A stretch of 64,000 bases of DNA, from positions 1 through 64,000 of the forward strand of contig NW_026859330.1 of assembly GCF_026571515.1 (NCBI RefSeq), written 5' to 3'. The notes below the pieces were generated by a model. The model did no database searches and was not told the origin of the DNA. It saw only the letters and a list, made by a program, of their open reading frames with translations. Both the position numbers and the translations under genes were made by a program. Shown here piece after piece: positions 1 through 14,708 of this stretch. This DNA is from Ruditapes philippinarum. Taxonomy: Eukaryota. Within the stretch, counting starts at the first letter, position 1, and every line of letters begins with the position of its first letter.

Positions 1-1699
1 CAAACTAGTTTTTGAGGTAAGAACCAGTATCAACTTTCTATATACGCGATACAAATTCTTCTTTTCATACGACATACGTCCAGAATATAAAAATGATAAG
101 GATGTCTTATCTTACTGAAATACTAGATACCTTCATTACAAATTCAAAGCGATAAAAATAGTTTGCAAAAGAATTACGATTTCTTCAGTTTAATATCTTT
201 TCGACAGCTTATATTTTCCACTAACCACTAATTTCTAAGAAACCATAGACATATTCAATATATGCGATGGAATTCTTCTTTTGAGTCGACCCTAGTACGG
301 AATAGATTAAACATAATTATGTATTTACTTCCTGAGTATAATATAGCAATCTATTATCTATAAGTAGGTATACAAAGATTATAAATATGAAGATTCAAAT
401 ATCCAGTAATGTATTACTGTATCACCAAACTCATGGCTGAAAGCCAGGAGAACAAGTGGTTAACTGTAGCATTTGTGAAACAGAAAGCGGAAAAAATGTA
501 TAAAATAAACATTCTATATTTAGACTTCACGTTTTTCATATGACTAAGAACAATAAACTGATAAAAGTATCTAACTAAGATAAGATTTTTAGGTACAAAT
601 TGAAAACACGCAAAACATCATTTGATTATCTTGAACGATTTCTACGATTTAATAATTTGTTCGACATAAGTATGCAATTATTCAAAGTAAATGTATACAT
701 GTATGCTGGAAGAAGCATTATTGCCTTCATTTAAGCTGATACCATAAATGGTTTATATTTCGTATTCATTAGAATTTTCATTTATAGAAATGAAGAAAGT
801 TTCTGCTATAGCTAATTGCTTAGTACTCAATGACACATTCATTGAATTCGACTCAAGACCTGAAAATATCAAACCTGAACATTGTTTTTATATTCCCGAG
901 TATCATACAGCAGTGTGGTCTTTATTAAGAATTACACATTGAGCATAAATACAAAGAAACAAATATCCAGCAAAGTATAACCACATAATAAAACTCATAG
1001 ATGACCACACAAACAAATGTTTAACATCGTCATGTATGTGTTTAAGAGGATGCAAAAATACTTTATGAAATAAACATTCTGTATATCCACTGAAACCTTT
1101 TCATAAAAAGTTTTAGAACAATCAGATCATCCAAGATGCGTTAGCTATTTAACTAATTATAACATGTAAACACTTAGATATATCTCCAAGTAAATATATA
1201 CATGTATGCTGGAAAAGAGGATGCAAAAATACTTTATGAAATGAACATTCTGTATATCCACTGGCAGCTTTTTATGTAAATAGTTTAAGAACAATTAGAG
1301 CATTCAATATATTCGATAAAATTCTTCTTTGAGTCGACCTTAGTACGATAATTATATTAAACATAATCATGTATTTCCTTTCTAGTCTATTATCTAAAAG
1401 TAGGTATACAAAGATTATAAATATAAAGAGACAAATATCCAGAAATGCATTACTGTTTATCAAAACTCCTTGCTGAAAGCCATGAGAAACAATTGGTTAT
1501 TTACTGAAACATTTGTTAAACAGAAAGCGGAAAATACTGTAAAAATGAACATTCTATATCTAGACTTAACGCTTCTTATAAGACTAGGAACAATATACTG
1601 ATAAAAGTGATTTACATCATGCTGAATTAAGATAAACAATTTTAGGCACAACTATTGCAAACATGCAGAACCACCTTTTGACTGTCTCTAAAGACTTCT

Positions 1700-2872
1700 C
1701 ATAATGTGATCTTTTAAATTTCAGCTAGATAGAAAAATCCCTTGAAACCATATATCTTACATTCATCAGACCTTTATTAGAGTATGCAGACGTATTATAT
1801 GACAATTGTACCCAATATGAAAAAACAGAACTAGACAAAATCCAAAATGAAGCAGCTCGAATCGTTTCTGGGGCTACAAAACTCGAAGAAAAAATCACAA
1901 GCTAATACTTTTTTACAAGGTGATTCACGATCTCACACCAAATTATCTTTCGTCTGTAGTCCCGCCATCCGTAGAACATACTTCAAGATATAACTTACGT
2001 AATGCCGAGGACATCCAAACCGTATACACAAGAACAACGCTTTATGAAAATTCCTTTTTGCCGTCCGTAATACGGGACTAGAATGAACTTTCCTCTGAAA
2101 TTCGAAATTCTGCACCACTATCATCTTTTAAATAAAAATTGAAACATAATCTAAAATGTCCAAATTATTTTTTACATTGGGAATAGAAAACTGCAAGTTC
2201 GACATACACGGCTTCGCACCGGATGTAGTTCACTTAATCACCATCTTTTCAGAAAAAACATTTCTCAGTCAGAACTATGTAGCTGTGGTCTTAGTGAACT
2301 TACACACCATTTCTTTTTTATTTGCCCACTTTATAATGGAATAAGAGAAAGTTTCATGAACACCTTATCAAACTACTGTACTATAACGTTGCACACACTT
2401 CGACATGGTGACTGTAACGTGATTGATAATCCTAACTGTAATATTTTTCGTACTGTTCAAGATTATATCAGCAAAAGCAAGCGATTTACTGAAGATACCC
2501 TTCTTTTATCAATGCCATACTGTTAGTGTCGTCTTGAAATATCTTCTTTTCTTTGCTATCTTATTTCTTCTTTTCCTCTCTTTTTTAGATAGTTGATTAT
2601 TTGACAAAACCTTCTTCTAACCAACTACGAACTCATATGTTTTGTATATAATATAAAATTCATTCTAATTACATAATTACTCATTGTACTTTCAAGCATA
2701 TCCATGTACATACATATACACACTGCCAATATTTAGCAAATAAAAACTAGGATAAGACCTATATAAACATCAGCTTTCGGTTCTGATCCTTATTCATTCA
2801 GTTCATGTGTTGTAAAGTTCTGTTTGTAAATTGTAAATGTGTATACTTGTTTGAAATAAACTATGTTTAAAC
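1700..2872 (+). mobile_element. 5'-truncated non-LTR retrotransposon (ORF2 C-terminus plus 3' UTR; CR1/L2-group-like), degenerate
   Basis: With frameshifts it translates to LDRKSLETIYLTFIRPLLEYADVLYDNCTQYEKTELDKIQNEAARIVSGATKL and then HTRLRTGCSSLNHHLFRKNI..CSCG..HHFFFICPLY..KRF. AATAAA lies near 2856. It is flanked by the duplication TAAAGACTTCT (1689-1699 and 2873-2883), and empty sites are present at about 9662 and 16269. Confidence 0.9.
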
Positions 2873-4439
2873 TAAAGACTTCTACGATTTAATAATTTGT
2901 TCGATATTATTCAAAGTAAATTTAATGTATACATGTATGCTGGAAGAAGTATATTAAATTGCTTTCATCTAAGCTTATACCATTTATATCATTAGTATTT
3001 TATATTCTGTATTAATTCGAAATTATCATTCATAGAAATTGATAAATTTTCCGCTAAGAGCTTATTGTCAAGTACTCAAAAAAATCGAGTCAAGTATAGA
3101 CAATATTAAATATGAATGTGTCTTATATTACTGAGTAATCATACAGCAGTGCATTCTTTATTAACAATTATACAATGAGCATAAAGCAATGTATAACCGC
3201 ATGATCAAACTCCTAGATGACCATCCATACAAAACAAGTGTGTATGTGTTTAAGAGAATATGAAAATAACTTTATGTATGGACATTCTGTATATCGACTG
3301 AAAGCTTTCCTTATTAACAGTAATGTTTAAGAACAATGAGAGTATCCAAGACGCTAAAACCAATTAATTAATTCGAACATGTAAAGACTGAATTTAGTAT
3401 CGTATTATTTACTGATCGATAACATGTACTATTTTTTTAATTAACCATTTTCTTTTTCAATATCTTCGATATGAAAATGGACCAAAACCAACAAAATTAG
3501 ATATTAATTCGACTAAAGTCTAGAAAATATTGAATATGAACGATACAAATTCTTCTTTTTATACGACCTATGTCTGCAATATATAACTGACCAACATGTC
3601 TTATTTTGCTGAGATATGACATAATTTCTTTACAAATTGAAAGCGATAAATAATAGTTTGCGAAAGAATTACATTTTGCGGGTTAAGTATCTTTCCGACA
3701 GCTTATATTTTCCACTAGCAGTAATTTCCAAGTTTCCATTGATACATTCACTATATATGATAATAAGTCTTCTTTGAAGTAAACCTGATTAAGAAATATA
3801 ATAAACGTAATTAATATATTAAACATAATCATGTATTTCTTTCCTGAGTATAATATAGCAGTGTATTCTAAAAAAAATCCATTAATTTATTTAACGTGTA
3901 ACAAAAATCCAGGCTTATTGCAATGGCAAACAAGTGCCTAACTTGAACATGATTGAGTTTATAAGAACGCGAAAAAATCTTTTTAAAATGAACATTCCAT
4001 ATTTTGACTGAACGATTTTTTTATGACTTGGTACAATAAACAAATTTAAGTTACTAAAACGAATGCTGAATTCACATTCGTTACATTTATTGCAAATTAC
4101 AAAACATGCAAACTATCTTTTGACAAGCTTTAACGACTTCTGCGATTAAATCATTTTTATCATAAGTCTACTATTACTCAAAGTAGATATATATATATAT
4201 GCTGGAAAAAGCAAAATTGCTTGCATCTTATTTGATACTATTCATAACATTTATAAAAAAATATATTTTGTGACCATTGAAATTTTCATTTATGTATATA
4301 TATGGACAGATTTTGCGCTAAGTGCTTATCTCTAAGTACTCTGTGACACATTCAATAAATTCGACTAAAGTCTAGAAAAAACTGAATATGTCTTATATTC
4401 CTGAGTATCATACAGCAGTCCGTTCTTGTTTAACAATAA

Positions 4440-4503
4440 TACATACGTACATGCAGACATGCATACATATACATATATACAAGCACACACGCACGCACGC
4501 TCA

Positions 4504-4534
<31 letters not shown>

Positions 4535-4580
4535 GCACACGCACGCACACACACGCACACACACACACACATACATACAT
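4440..4580. repeat. Compound (CA)n/(CACG)n/(CATA)n microsatellite inside monomer variant B
   Basis: Directly visible. The paralogous copy is at 19146-19283. Confidence 0.95.
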
Positions 4581-6534
4581 GAGCATAAATACATAGACAT
4601 AAATATCTGGCAATGTATCCGCATAATAAATATTCTAGATGACCACACAAATAAGTGCATAATATCAACCTGTATGTGTTTAAGAAATTGCAAATAATAC
4701 TTTAAAAATGAACATTTGTATTTTAGCTTATGAATAGTTTAAGGACAATCCGAGCATCCAATGTACTAAATCGAACATTCAGACTAGACACTATGTAATT
4801 TACTCATCGAAAACTTTCACTTTTTAAGCCCAATATCAATTTCAATATATTCGATACAAATATCTCTTTTGATACGACCTATGTCTTGAATATATAAATT
4901 ATAAATTATGTTATCTTACTAAGATATAAGATACTTTCTTTACAAATTGAAAGTGATATGAATATCTTGAGGAAGAGTTTTTTTTGGTTTTGTATACTTT
5001 CGGCAGCTTATATATTTTTCAACTAACATTCATTCTAAGTGCCCTTTAACACATTTAATATATGCGATAAAAGTCATCTTTTGAGTCGACATATATAAAG
5101 AAAATATTATACATAATCATGTACTAGTATTTCCGTCCTGAGTATCATATATCACCTATTTTCTATCGATAAGTATACAAAGATTATCGATACAAAGAAA
5201 CAAATATCCAGTTATTTATTTACTGACATCATGACTAACGGCCATGACAAACAAGGGGTTACACGGAACCTTTGTGAGTTTAACAAAACACGAAAAAACG
5301 TTATAAAATGAACATTAAATACTAAATAAGAGTAATTATTACAAATTGAAACCATGCAAATAATCTTTCGCCTATCTTTAACGACTTCTGCGATATAATG
5401 ATTTGTTCGACATTAGTCTGCTATTACTCAAAGTAAATATATATCATGTAAGATACATTATTGCTTTTATCTAATCGGAAACTATTCTTAACATATATAT
5501 TTTGAATTTTGTATTAATCCGAAATTATCATTTATATAAATGGATAAATTTTGCGCTACGAGCTAATTTCTAAGTACCCAGTGACATGTTCAATTAATGC
5601 GACTCAAGTCAGGAAAATATTAAATATGAACATATCTTTTATCCCTGAATATCATACTGCAGTCCGTTCTTAAATAACAATCATACAATGAGCATAAATA
5701 CAAATGTATTACCAAATATGTCTTGAATATCACTTTGATACACATATCTTATCTTACTGAGATATAAGGTACTTTCTTTACAAATTCAAATCGATCAAAA
5801 TAGTTTGCTGAAGTATTACTATTTCTTGGGTATAGTATTTTTTCGCGACAGGATACATCTTTTCCACTTAGCACTCATTTCTAAGTTACCATCGACACAT
5901 TCAATATATGTGATAAAAATTCTTCTTTTGAGTCGACATTAGTACAGAATATATTAAACACTATAATGAAACATAATCATGTATTTACTTCCTGAGTATC
6001 ATATAGCAGTATATTATCTATGAGAAGGTATATAAATATTATATAAATATAAAGAGTCAAATATCCAATAATGTATTACTGTATAACCAAACTCATGGCT
6101 GAAAGCCACGAGAAACAAGTGGTTAACAGCAGAAAGCGGAAAATACTGTATAAAATAAACATTCTATATCTAGACTTCACGTATTTCATATGACTAAGAA
6201 CAATAAACTGATAAAAGTATCTAACACCAATGCTGAATTAAGATAAGATTTTTAGGTACAAATTGAAAACACGCAAAACATCTTTTGATTATCTTGAACG
6301 ACTTCTACGATTTAACAATTTGTTCGACATAAGTCTGCTATTACTCAAAGTAAATGTATACAAGTATGCTGGAAGGATCATTATTGCTTTCTTAACTGAT
6401 ACCATTTATATCATAAGTATTTTATATTCCGGTATTCGAAATTATCATTCATAGAAATGAATTATCGAGCTTAATGTCAGTACTCAGTGACACATTCAAC
6501 AAATTCGACTCAAGTATGGAACATATTATATATG

Positions 6535-7836
6535 TTTCTCAAGGGGGTCATAACATGCGCGCGCATCCTCAAAATTCTGATACTGCAAACACTTTTTCAA
6601 CCGGTATTTTGAACAAAGATGAGTCATGTAAAGCAATCAGAATATATTTGAATTTAATTTCTTTTGCAAAGAATATGTCCTTACTTCTAGTTTTAGTATT
6701 CCATATATCTTGAGACAAGTTTTCCCGTTCTTGTCAGTATTTTGCATTGAATGCGATTTTGATTCTGGATACTGCGTACACCCGGTGATGAAATGCTATA
6801 GAAATTGTCTATTTAACTGAAAGTTTCAAACAGCTGGAAGTTAGTTTATTTTCAGTCTTTATTATTTTTCCTTTGTACAATAATTTGTCTTAAAACGATC
6901 TATTTACAGGAAATAGACCTTATGATACTGCGTACACTCTCAAAAAATCAAGATATTGCGTACACATTTATGTGTTATTGATTCTGCCTACACTTTCTTC
7001 GAAGCAGTCTATCAAATGGATAACAGTGGCGAACAAAAATAAAATAATAAAAAGCAAATTAAAATAAAAATTCAAATCTTGTGATAAAGTATGCTGCCTA
7101 AAAAAGTACATCCTAAATAATATTTTAAATATTTTTCTTAAAATTTGTTCACTCTTTTATGTAACACTCTAAACTGATAAATTTCTTTCGTACATTGCAT
7201 TTTAAGATAACAAACAAAATCAAGATGTTTTTTCCATTCCAACACGTCAAGAAAAACTATAGTTCGACTAAATTGGTGGTGGTTAACTTTGTTCTTGCAC
7301 CAGTGTTTCTTATATTAAAGTTCTGTAGAGGCTTTTTAGTCAGTTGAGGCACTCGTTCAATATACACTCTTTATCTCTTACCAATGTTGCTTTTGTGTCT
7401 CCGTAAAATTTGTTATGCGCGGTCGTGAATATATATTGACGTGATGTCCTATGCGTTATGTACACACGACCGCGCAATCCCATTTTTTACAAAGATGTAA
7501 AAGCGACACGGGTGTGTGATTAACAGAGTTTATCACACAACCGTGCCGATTTTGCGACTTCGTTAAATAGTATTGCACGGTCATGCATATATTTCGTCGT
7601 GACATGATTTGCGCTATACAAACATAGTATAAAGACGCGCTAAATTTTCGCGTTATACCATAGGCGCGTCAGTGAAAAAATATTCTTTTTTTAATTTAAA
7701 CGGTCTTTACGTTGAGTGTGTGATAAAATGAATATTAAATTCGTGTAAGTCCATTACTGAATTCATTGAACTAAATGAATAAAATAATATTATGCTCGCC
7801 AGAGGCTCGCATAATATAATAAGTTTATATAAAGAA
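6535..7836. mobile_element. Composite non-autonomous DNA-element insertion that predates the HOR duplication
   Basis: Non-monomer sequence follows ...ATATTATATATG. A near-identical copy lies at 13587-14708. It contains the palindromes GCGCGGTCGTG..CACGACCGCGC and ATATTATGCTCGCCAGAGGCTCGCATAATAT (7787-7817). The distal part is related to 58830-59218. Confidence 0.75.
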
Positions 7837-10800
7837 AATGACACATTCTTTGAATTCGCCTCAAGACCTGAAATGTGCGTTAAAATTCGTCTTTTGAGTC
7901 GACCTTTGGACGGAATATAGTAAACATTTACATGTATTACCTTCCAGAGTATCATATAGCAATCTGCTATCAATAAATAGGTATACAAAGATTATTATAT
8001 ACAAAGAAACAAATATCCAGAAATGTATTACTGTATAACAAAACTCCTGACTGACGGCCACAAAACAAGTGGTTAACTGGAACATGTGTTTAACAGAAAG
8101 CGGAACATACTGTAAAAAATGAACATTCTATATTTAGACTAGACGCTTTTCATATGGCTAAGAAGAAAAAAACGGATGAATACTAACCAGAACGCTGAAT
8201 TAAGATAAGAATTTTTAGTTTTAAATAGAAATCATGGAAAAAAACATCTTTTGACTTTTTTAAACGACTTTCACGATTTAATAATTTGTTCGACATTAGT
8301 TTGCTATAACTCAAAGTAAATGTATACATGTATGCCTGAAGAAGCATTATTGCTTTCATCTAGGCTGATACTATTTACATCATAAATAATTTATATTTCA
8401 TATTCATTAGAAATTTTCATTCCTAGAAATGGGATAAAGTTTTTGCTAAAGAGCTAATTGCTTAGTACTCAATGACACATTCATTGAATTCGACTCAAAA
8501 CTTGAAAATATTAAACCTGGACTTGTTTTTAAATTCCCGAGTATCATAAAGCAGTGTGGTCTTTATTAAGAATTACACAACGAGCATAAATACTAAAAAA
8601 AAACAAATATCATGCAAAGTATAACCACATAATTAAACTCATAGATGACCACACAAACAAATGTTTTACATCGTCATGTATGTGTTTAAGAGGATGCAAA
8701 AATACTTTATGAAATAAACAGTCTGTACATCCACTGAAACCTTTTTATAAAAAGTTTTAGAACAATCAGATCATCCAAGATATGTAAACTATTTAACTAA
8801 TTCGAACATGTAAACACTTAGATATAACTCCAAGTAAATATATACATATATGCTGGAAAAGAGGATGCAAAATACTTTTTGAAATGAACATTCTGTATAT
8901 CCGCAGGCAGCTTTTTATGTAAATAGTTTAAGAATAATTAGAGCGTTCAATATGATAAAACTATTTAACTAATTCGAACATGTAAACATTTAATTCAGAC
9001 TAGATATCGAAAACGTGCACTATGATTAAAGTAACCAGTATCACTTTCAATATATTCGATACAAATTCTTCTTTTCATACGACCTAAGTCCGGAATATTT
9101 AAATGATAAACATTTCTTATGTTACTGAAATACAAGATAATTTCTTTACAAATTGAAAGCAATCAAAATAGTGTGTAAAAGAATTACGATTTCTAGAGTT
9201 TATTATCTTTTCGACAGCTTATATTTTCTAGTGCCACTATTTTTCAAGTTACCATAGACACATTCAATATATTCAATAAAATTCTTCTTTGAGTCGACCT
9301 TAGTACAATATCTATATAAAACATAATCATGTATTTCCCTTCTGAGTATAATATAGCAGTCTATTATCTATAAGTAGGTATACAAAGATTATAAATATAA
9401 AGAGACAAATATCCAGAAATGTATTACTGTATATCAAAACTCCTTGCTGAAAGCCACGAGAAACAAGTGGTTATTTACTGGAACATTTGTTAAACAGAAA
9501 GCGGAAATACTGTAAAAATGAACATTCTATATCTAGACTTAACGCTTCTTATAAGACTAGGAACAATATACTGATAAAAGTGATTTACATCATGCTGAAT
9601 TAAGATAAACAATTTTAGGCACAACTATTGCAAACATGCAGAAGCACCTTTTGACTGTCTTTAAAGACTTCTACGATTTAATAATTTGTTCGATATTATT
9701 CAAAATAATGTATACATGTATGCTTGAAGAAACATTAAATTGCTTTCATCTTAGCTTATACCATTTATTTCATTAGTATTTTATATTCTGTATTCATTCG
9801 AAATAATCATTTATAGCAATTGATAAATTTTCCGCTAAGAGCTTATTGCCAAGTACTAAAAATATGAATGTGTCTTATATTACTGAGTAATCATACAGCA
9901 GTGCGTTCTTTATTAACAATTATACAATGAGCATAAAGCAATGTATAACCGCATGATCAGACTCCTAGATGACCATCCATGCAAAACAAGTGTGTATCTG
10001 TGTTTAAGAGAATACGAAAAATACTTTATGAAATGAGCATTCTGTATATCGACTGAAAGCTTTCCTTATAAACAGTTTAAGAACAATGAGAGTATCCAAG
10101 ACGCTAAAACTAATTAATTAATTCGAACATGTAAAGACTGAATTTAGTCAAAATATCAGATTACTTACTGATCGATAACATGTACTATTTTTTAATCAAC
10201 AAAATTAGATATAAATTCGACTAAAGACTAGAAAATATTGAATATGAACGATACACATTCTTCTTTTTATACGACCTAAGTCTGCAATATATAACTGACC
10301 AACATGTCTTATTTTATTGAGATATGACATAATTTCTTTACAAATTGAAAGCGATAAATAATAGTTTGCGAAAGAATAACGTTTTCGGGTTAAGTATCTT
10401 TTCGACAGCTTATATTTTCCACTTAGCAGTTATTTCCAAGTTTCCATTGAAACATTCACTATATGTGATAAAAACTCTTCTTTGAAGTAGACCTGATTAA
10501 GGAATATATTAAACTTAATCATGTATTTCTTTCCTGAGTATAATATAGCAGTGTATTCTAAAAAACATCCAGTAATTTATTTAGCGTGATACAAAAATCC
10601 AGGCTTATTGCAATGACAAACAAGTGCCTAACTTGAACATGGTTGAGTTTAAAAGAATGCGAAAAAATCTTTTTAAAATGAACATTCCATATTTCGACTG
10701 AACGATTTTTTATGACTTGGTACAATAAACAAATTTAAGTTACTAAAACGAACGCTGAATTCAGATTCGTTACATTTATTGCCAATTTAAAACATGCAAA

Positions 10801-11325
10801 CTATCTTTTGACAAACTTAAACGACTTCTGCGATTAAATCATTTTGTTCGACATAAGTCTATTAATACTCAAAGTAGATATATATATGCTGGAAAAAGCA
10901 ATACAGCTTTTATCTAATCTGATACTATTTATAACATTTATAAAAAAATATATTTTGTGACCATTTGAAATTTTCATTTATATATATGGACATATTTTGC
11001 GCTTAGTGCTTATGTCTAAGTACTCTGTGACACATTCAATGAATTCGACTAAAGTCTAATATGTCTTATATTCCTGAGTATCATACAGCAGTCCGTTCGT
11101 GTTTAACAATCATACATAAGAACATGTGTTATCTTACTAATATATTAGATACTTTCTTTACAAACTGAAAGCGATATAAATATCTTACGAAAGAATTCCG
11201 ATTTTTTGGGTTTTGTATTCTTTCGGCAGCTTATATATTTTCCAATTAACACTAATTTCTAAGTTTCCTTTGACACATTTAATATATGCGATAAAAATCA
11301 TCTTTTGAGTCGACATTTATAAAGA

Positions 11326-11700
11326 GGATATTCAAGTTTTTTCTATAAATACATGATTTAGTTTCATCGAGTGGTATGAAAATAAATATTTCATGAGTGG
11401 CGGTAGCCACGAGTGAAATATGGTAATTATCATGCCACAAAATGAAAAAAACTTGAATTTTCTGTTTATTATATACATTTTTCCCTTTCTGGACATTAAA
11501 ATTTGAAAGACTTTCTCTTAAATTTTGAGAACTGGCAGAATTTAAAAGAAAGAAGTCCGGCAAGACAACAGTGAAAATACGAAAAATATGTTTCACTGCA
11601 GTGAAAAATAAATATTTACAGTGAAAATACGGAAAATGAAAATACGCATTTTATTTCATCAATATTTCTCAAAATTTCATTTAAAAGTATATAATAAAAG
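11326..11700. mobile_element. TIR-less non-autonomous element with an internal palindrome (possibly Crypton-like)
   Basis: Absent from sister monomers at 5081 and 19785. Bounded by the short direct repeat ATAAA(A)GA. Internal palindrome ATATTTCATGAGTGGCGGTAGCCACGAGTGAAATAT (11386-11421). Family assignment is inference. Confidence 0.75.
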
Positions 11701-12663
11701 AAAATATTAAACATAATCATGTACTTGTATTTCCTTCCTGGGTATCATATAGCAGTCTATTTTCTATCGATAAGTATACAAAGATTATCGATACAAAGAA
11801 ACAAATATCCAGTTATTTATTTACTGACATCATGTCTAACGGCCATGACAAACAAGGGGTTAACTGGAACCTATGTGAGTTTAACAAAACACGAAAAAAC
11901 GTTATAAAATGAACATTAAATACTAAATAAGAGTAATTATTACAAATTGAAAACATGTAAATAATCTTTCGATTATCTTTAACGACTTCTAAGATTTAAT
12001 GATTTATTCGACATATGTCGGCTTTTACTCAAAGTATGTATATATATGATGTTAGATAATTATTTCTTTCATCTAATCAGAAACTATTTTTAACATAAAT
12101 ATTTTGAATTTTGTATTAATCCGAAATTATCATTTATATAAATGGATAAATTTTGCGCTACGAGCTAAATACCCACTGACATGTTCAATAAATTCGACTA
12201 ATGTCAGGAAAATATTAAATATGAACATGTCTTATATCCCTCAATATCCCTGAATATCATACTACAGTCCGTTCTTAATTAACAATTATACAATGAACAT
12301 AAATACAAATGTATTACCAAATATGTCTTGAATATCACTTTTATATACATGTCTTATCTTACTGAGATATAAGGTACTTTCTTTACAAATTGAAATCGAT
12401 CAAAATAGTTTGCTAAAGTATTACTATTTCTTTGGTATAGTATTTTTTCGCAACAGGATACATCTTTTCCACTTAGCACTCATTTCTAAGTTACCATCGA
12501 CACATTCAATATATGCGATAAAAATTCTTCTTTTGAGTCGACCTTAGTACAGAATATATTAAACACTATAATGAGTATCATATAGCAGTATATTATCTAT
12601 AAGTAGGTACACAAAGATTATAAATATAAAGAGTCAAATATCCAGTAGTGTATTACTGTATAA

Positions 12664-13122
12664 GGTCTCAACGCGGTACGAAATTAGACCGAACCTATTG
12701 TAGACTAGCAAGTAGTTCTTTAAAATTTTGACGTGGCCCAATTTAAGTCATCTCTAGTTAGAATGGTCATAATTAAAGTGTATTTATTGCATGTGTGTAA
12801 TTTTTGTGTGTTATATGATGACTTTAAAAGTGTTTTTTTCCGTGTATTCTCCAGGAACTCATTTGTTGGTGAAAGGATTAAAGATGTACTACCCACCAGC
12901 TGTCAGGAGTTTTTAATGTGGTAAATTCAAACAGTGTTACAAAAGAATGAAGATTTCTGAAAAAAGTAGATGGCTAACGGGCCTCATTGGACTTAGATAG
13001 TGTTAATGTTTAAAGTTGAAGACAGTATATAATTCATCAAGAACAGTTGAATCCAGAATTAAGCCTCAAATTTGACTGATTTACTATAGAAAAAATAGTC
13101 AAAAATTCACCCGGCCGAGTCA
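12664..13122. mobile_element. MITE-like insertion of about 460 bp with degenerate TIRs
   Basis: Absent from the sister site GTATTACTGTATAACC near 6073. Flanked by ATAA (12660-12663 and 13123-13126). The ends are only weakly inverted. Confidence 0.7.
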
Positions 13123-13586
13123 ATAACCAGAGTCATGGCTGAAAGCCACGAGAAACAAGTGGTTAACTGTAACATTTGTTAAACAGAAAGCGGAAATACT
13201 GTATAAAATAAACATTCAATATCTAGGTTCACGTTTTTCATATGACTAAGAAAAAATAACTGATAAAAGTATCTAACACCAATGCTGAATTAAGATAAGA
13301 TTTTTAGGTACAAATTGAAAACACGCAAAACATCTTTTGATTATCTTGAACGACTTCTACGATTTAACAATTTGTTCGACATAAGTCTGCTATTACTCAA
13401 AGTAAATGTATACATGTATGCCGGAAGAAGCATTATTGCTTTCTAAACTGATACCATTTATATCATAAGTATCTTATATTCCGGTATTCGAAATTATCAT
13501 TCATAGAAATGAATTATCGAGCTTAATGTCAGTACTCAGTGACACATTCAACAAATTCGACTCAAGTATGGAACATATTATATATG

Positions 13587-14708
13587 TTTATGAAAGGGGT
13601 CATACCATGCTCGCGCATCTTCAAAATTCTGATACCGCGAACACTTTTTCAACCGGTATTTTAAACAAAGACAAGTCATGTAAAGCAATCATAATAGATT
13701 TGAATTAAATTTCTTTTGCAAGTAATATGTCCTTAATTCTAGTTTTAGTACTCCAAATATCTTGACACAAGTTTTCCCTTTCTTGACAATATTTCGCGTT
13801 GAATGCGATTTTGATTCTGGATACTGCGTACACCCGCTACAGAAATTGAGAAGTTGTCGATTAAACTGAAAAGTTTCAAACAACTGGAAGTTAGTTTAAT
13901 GTAGAAACTATTTCACAAATATGTTCTTTGTTATTTTTCCTTTGTACAATAATTTGTCTTAAAACGATCTATTTACAGGAAATAGACCTTATGATACTGC
14001 GTACACTCTCAAAAAATCAAGATATTGCGTACACATTTATGTGTTATTGATACTGCCTACACTTTCTTCGAAGCAGTCTATCAAATGGATAACAGTGGCG
14101 AACAAAAATAAAATAATTAAAAGCAAATAAAAATAAAAATTCAAATCTTGTGATAAAGTTTGTTCCCTAAAAATGTACATCCTAAATAATATTTTAAATA
14201 TTTTTCATTAAATTTGTTCACTCATTTATGTAACACTTCAAACTGATAAATTTCTTTCGTACATTGCATTTTAGGATTACAAACAAAATCAAGATGTTTT
14301 TTTCATTCCAACACGTCAAGAAAAACTATAATTCGACTAAATTGGTGGTGGTTAACTTTGTTCTTGCACCAGTGTTTCTTATATTAACGTTCTGTAAAGG
14401 CTTTTTAGTCAGTTGAGGCACTCATTCAATATACACTCTTTATCTCATACCAATGTTGCTTTTGCGTCTCCGTAAAAATGGTATTGCGCGGTCGTGAATA
14501 TATATTGACGTGATGTCATATGCGTTATGTAAACACGACCGCGCAACCCCATTTTTTACAAAGATGTTAAAGCGACACGGGTGTGTGATTAACAGCTAAA
14601 TGATCGCGTTATACTATAGGCGCGTCAGTGAAAAAATAATTCTTTTTTAATTTAAACGGTCTGTACGTTGGGTGTGTGGTAAAAAGAATATTAAAATCGT
14701 GTAAGTTC
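13587..14708. mobile_element. Second copy of the composite insertion, with internal and distal deletions
   Basis: Near-identical to 6535-7745 at an offset of about 7050, and at the same position in the monomer. Confidence 0.8.

Noticed and set aside
4365-4693. Cys/Val- and His/Thr-rich ORFs (also 19070-19417)
   Set aside because: These are translations of CA/CACG microsatellites.
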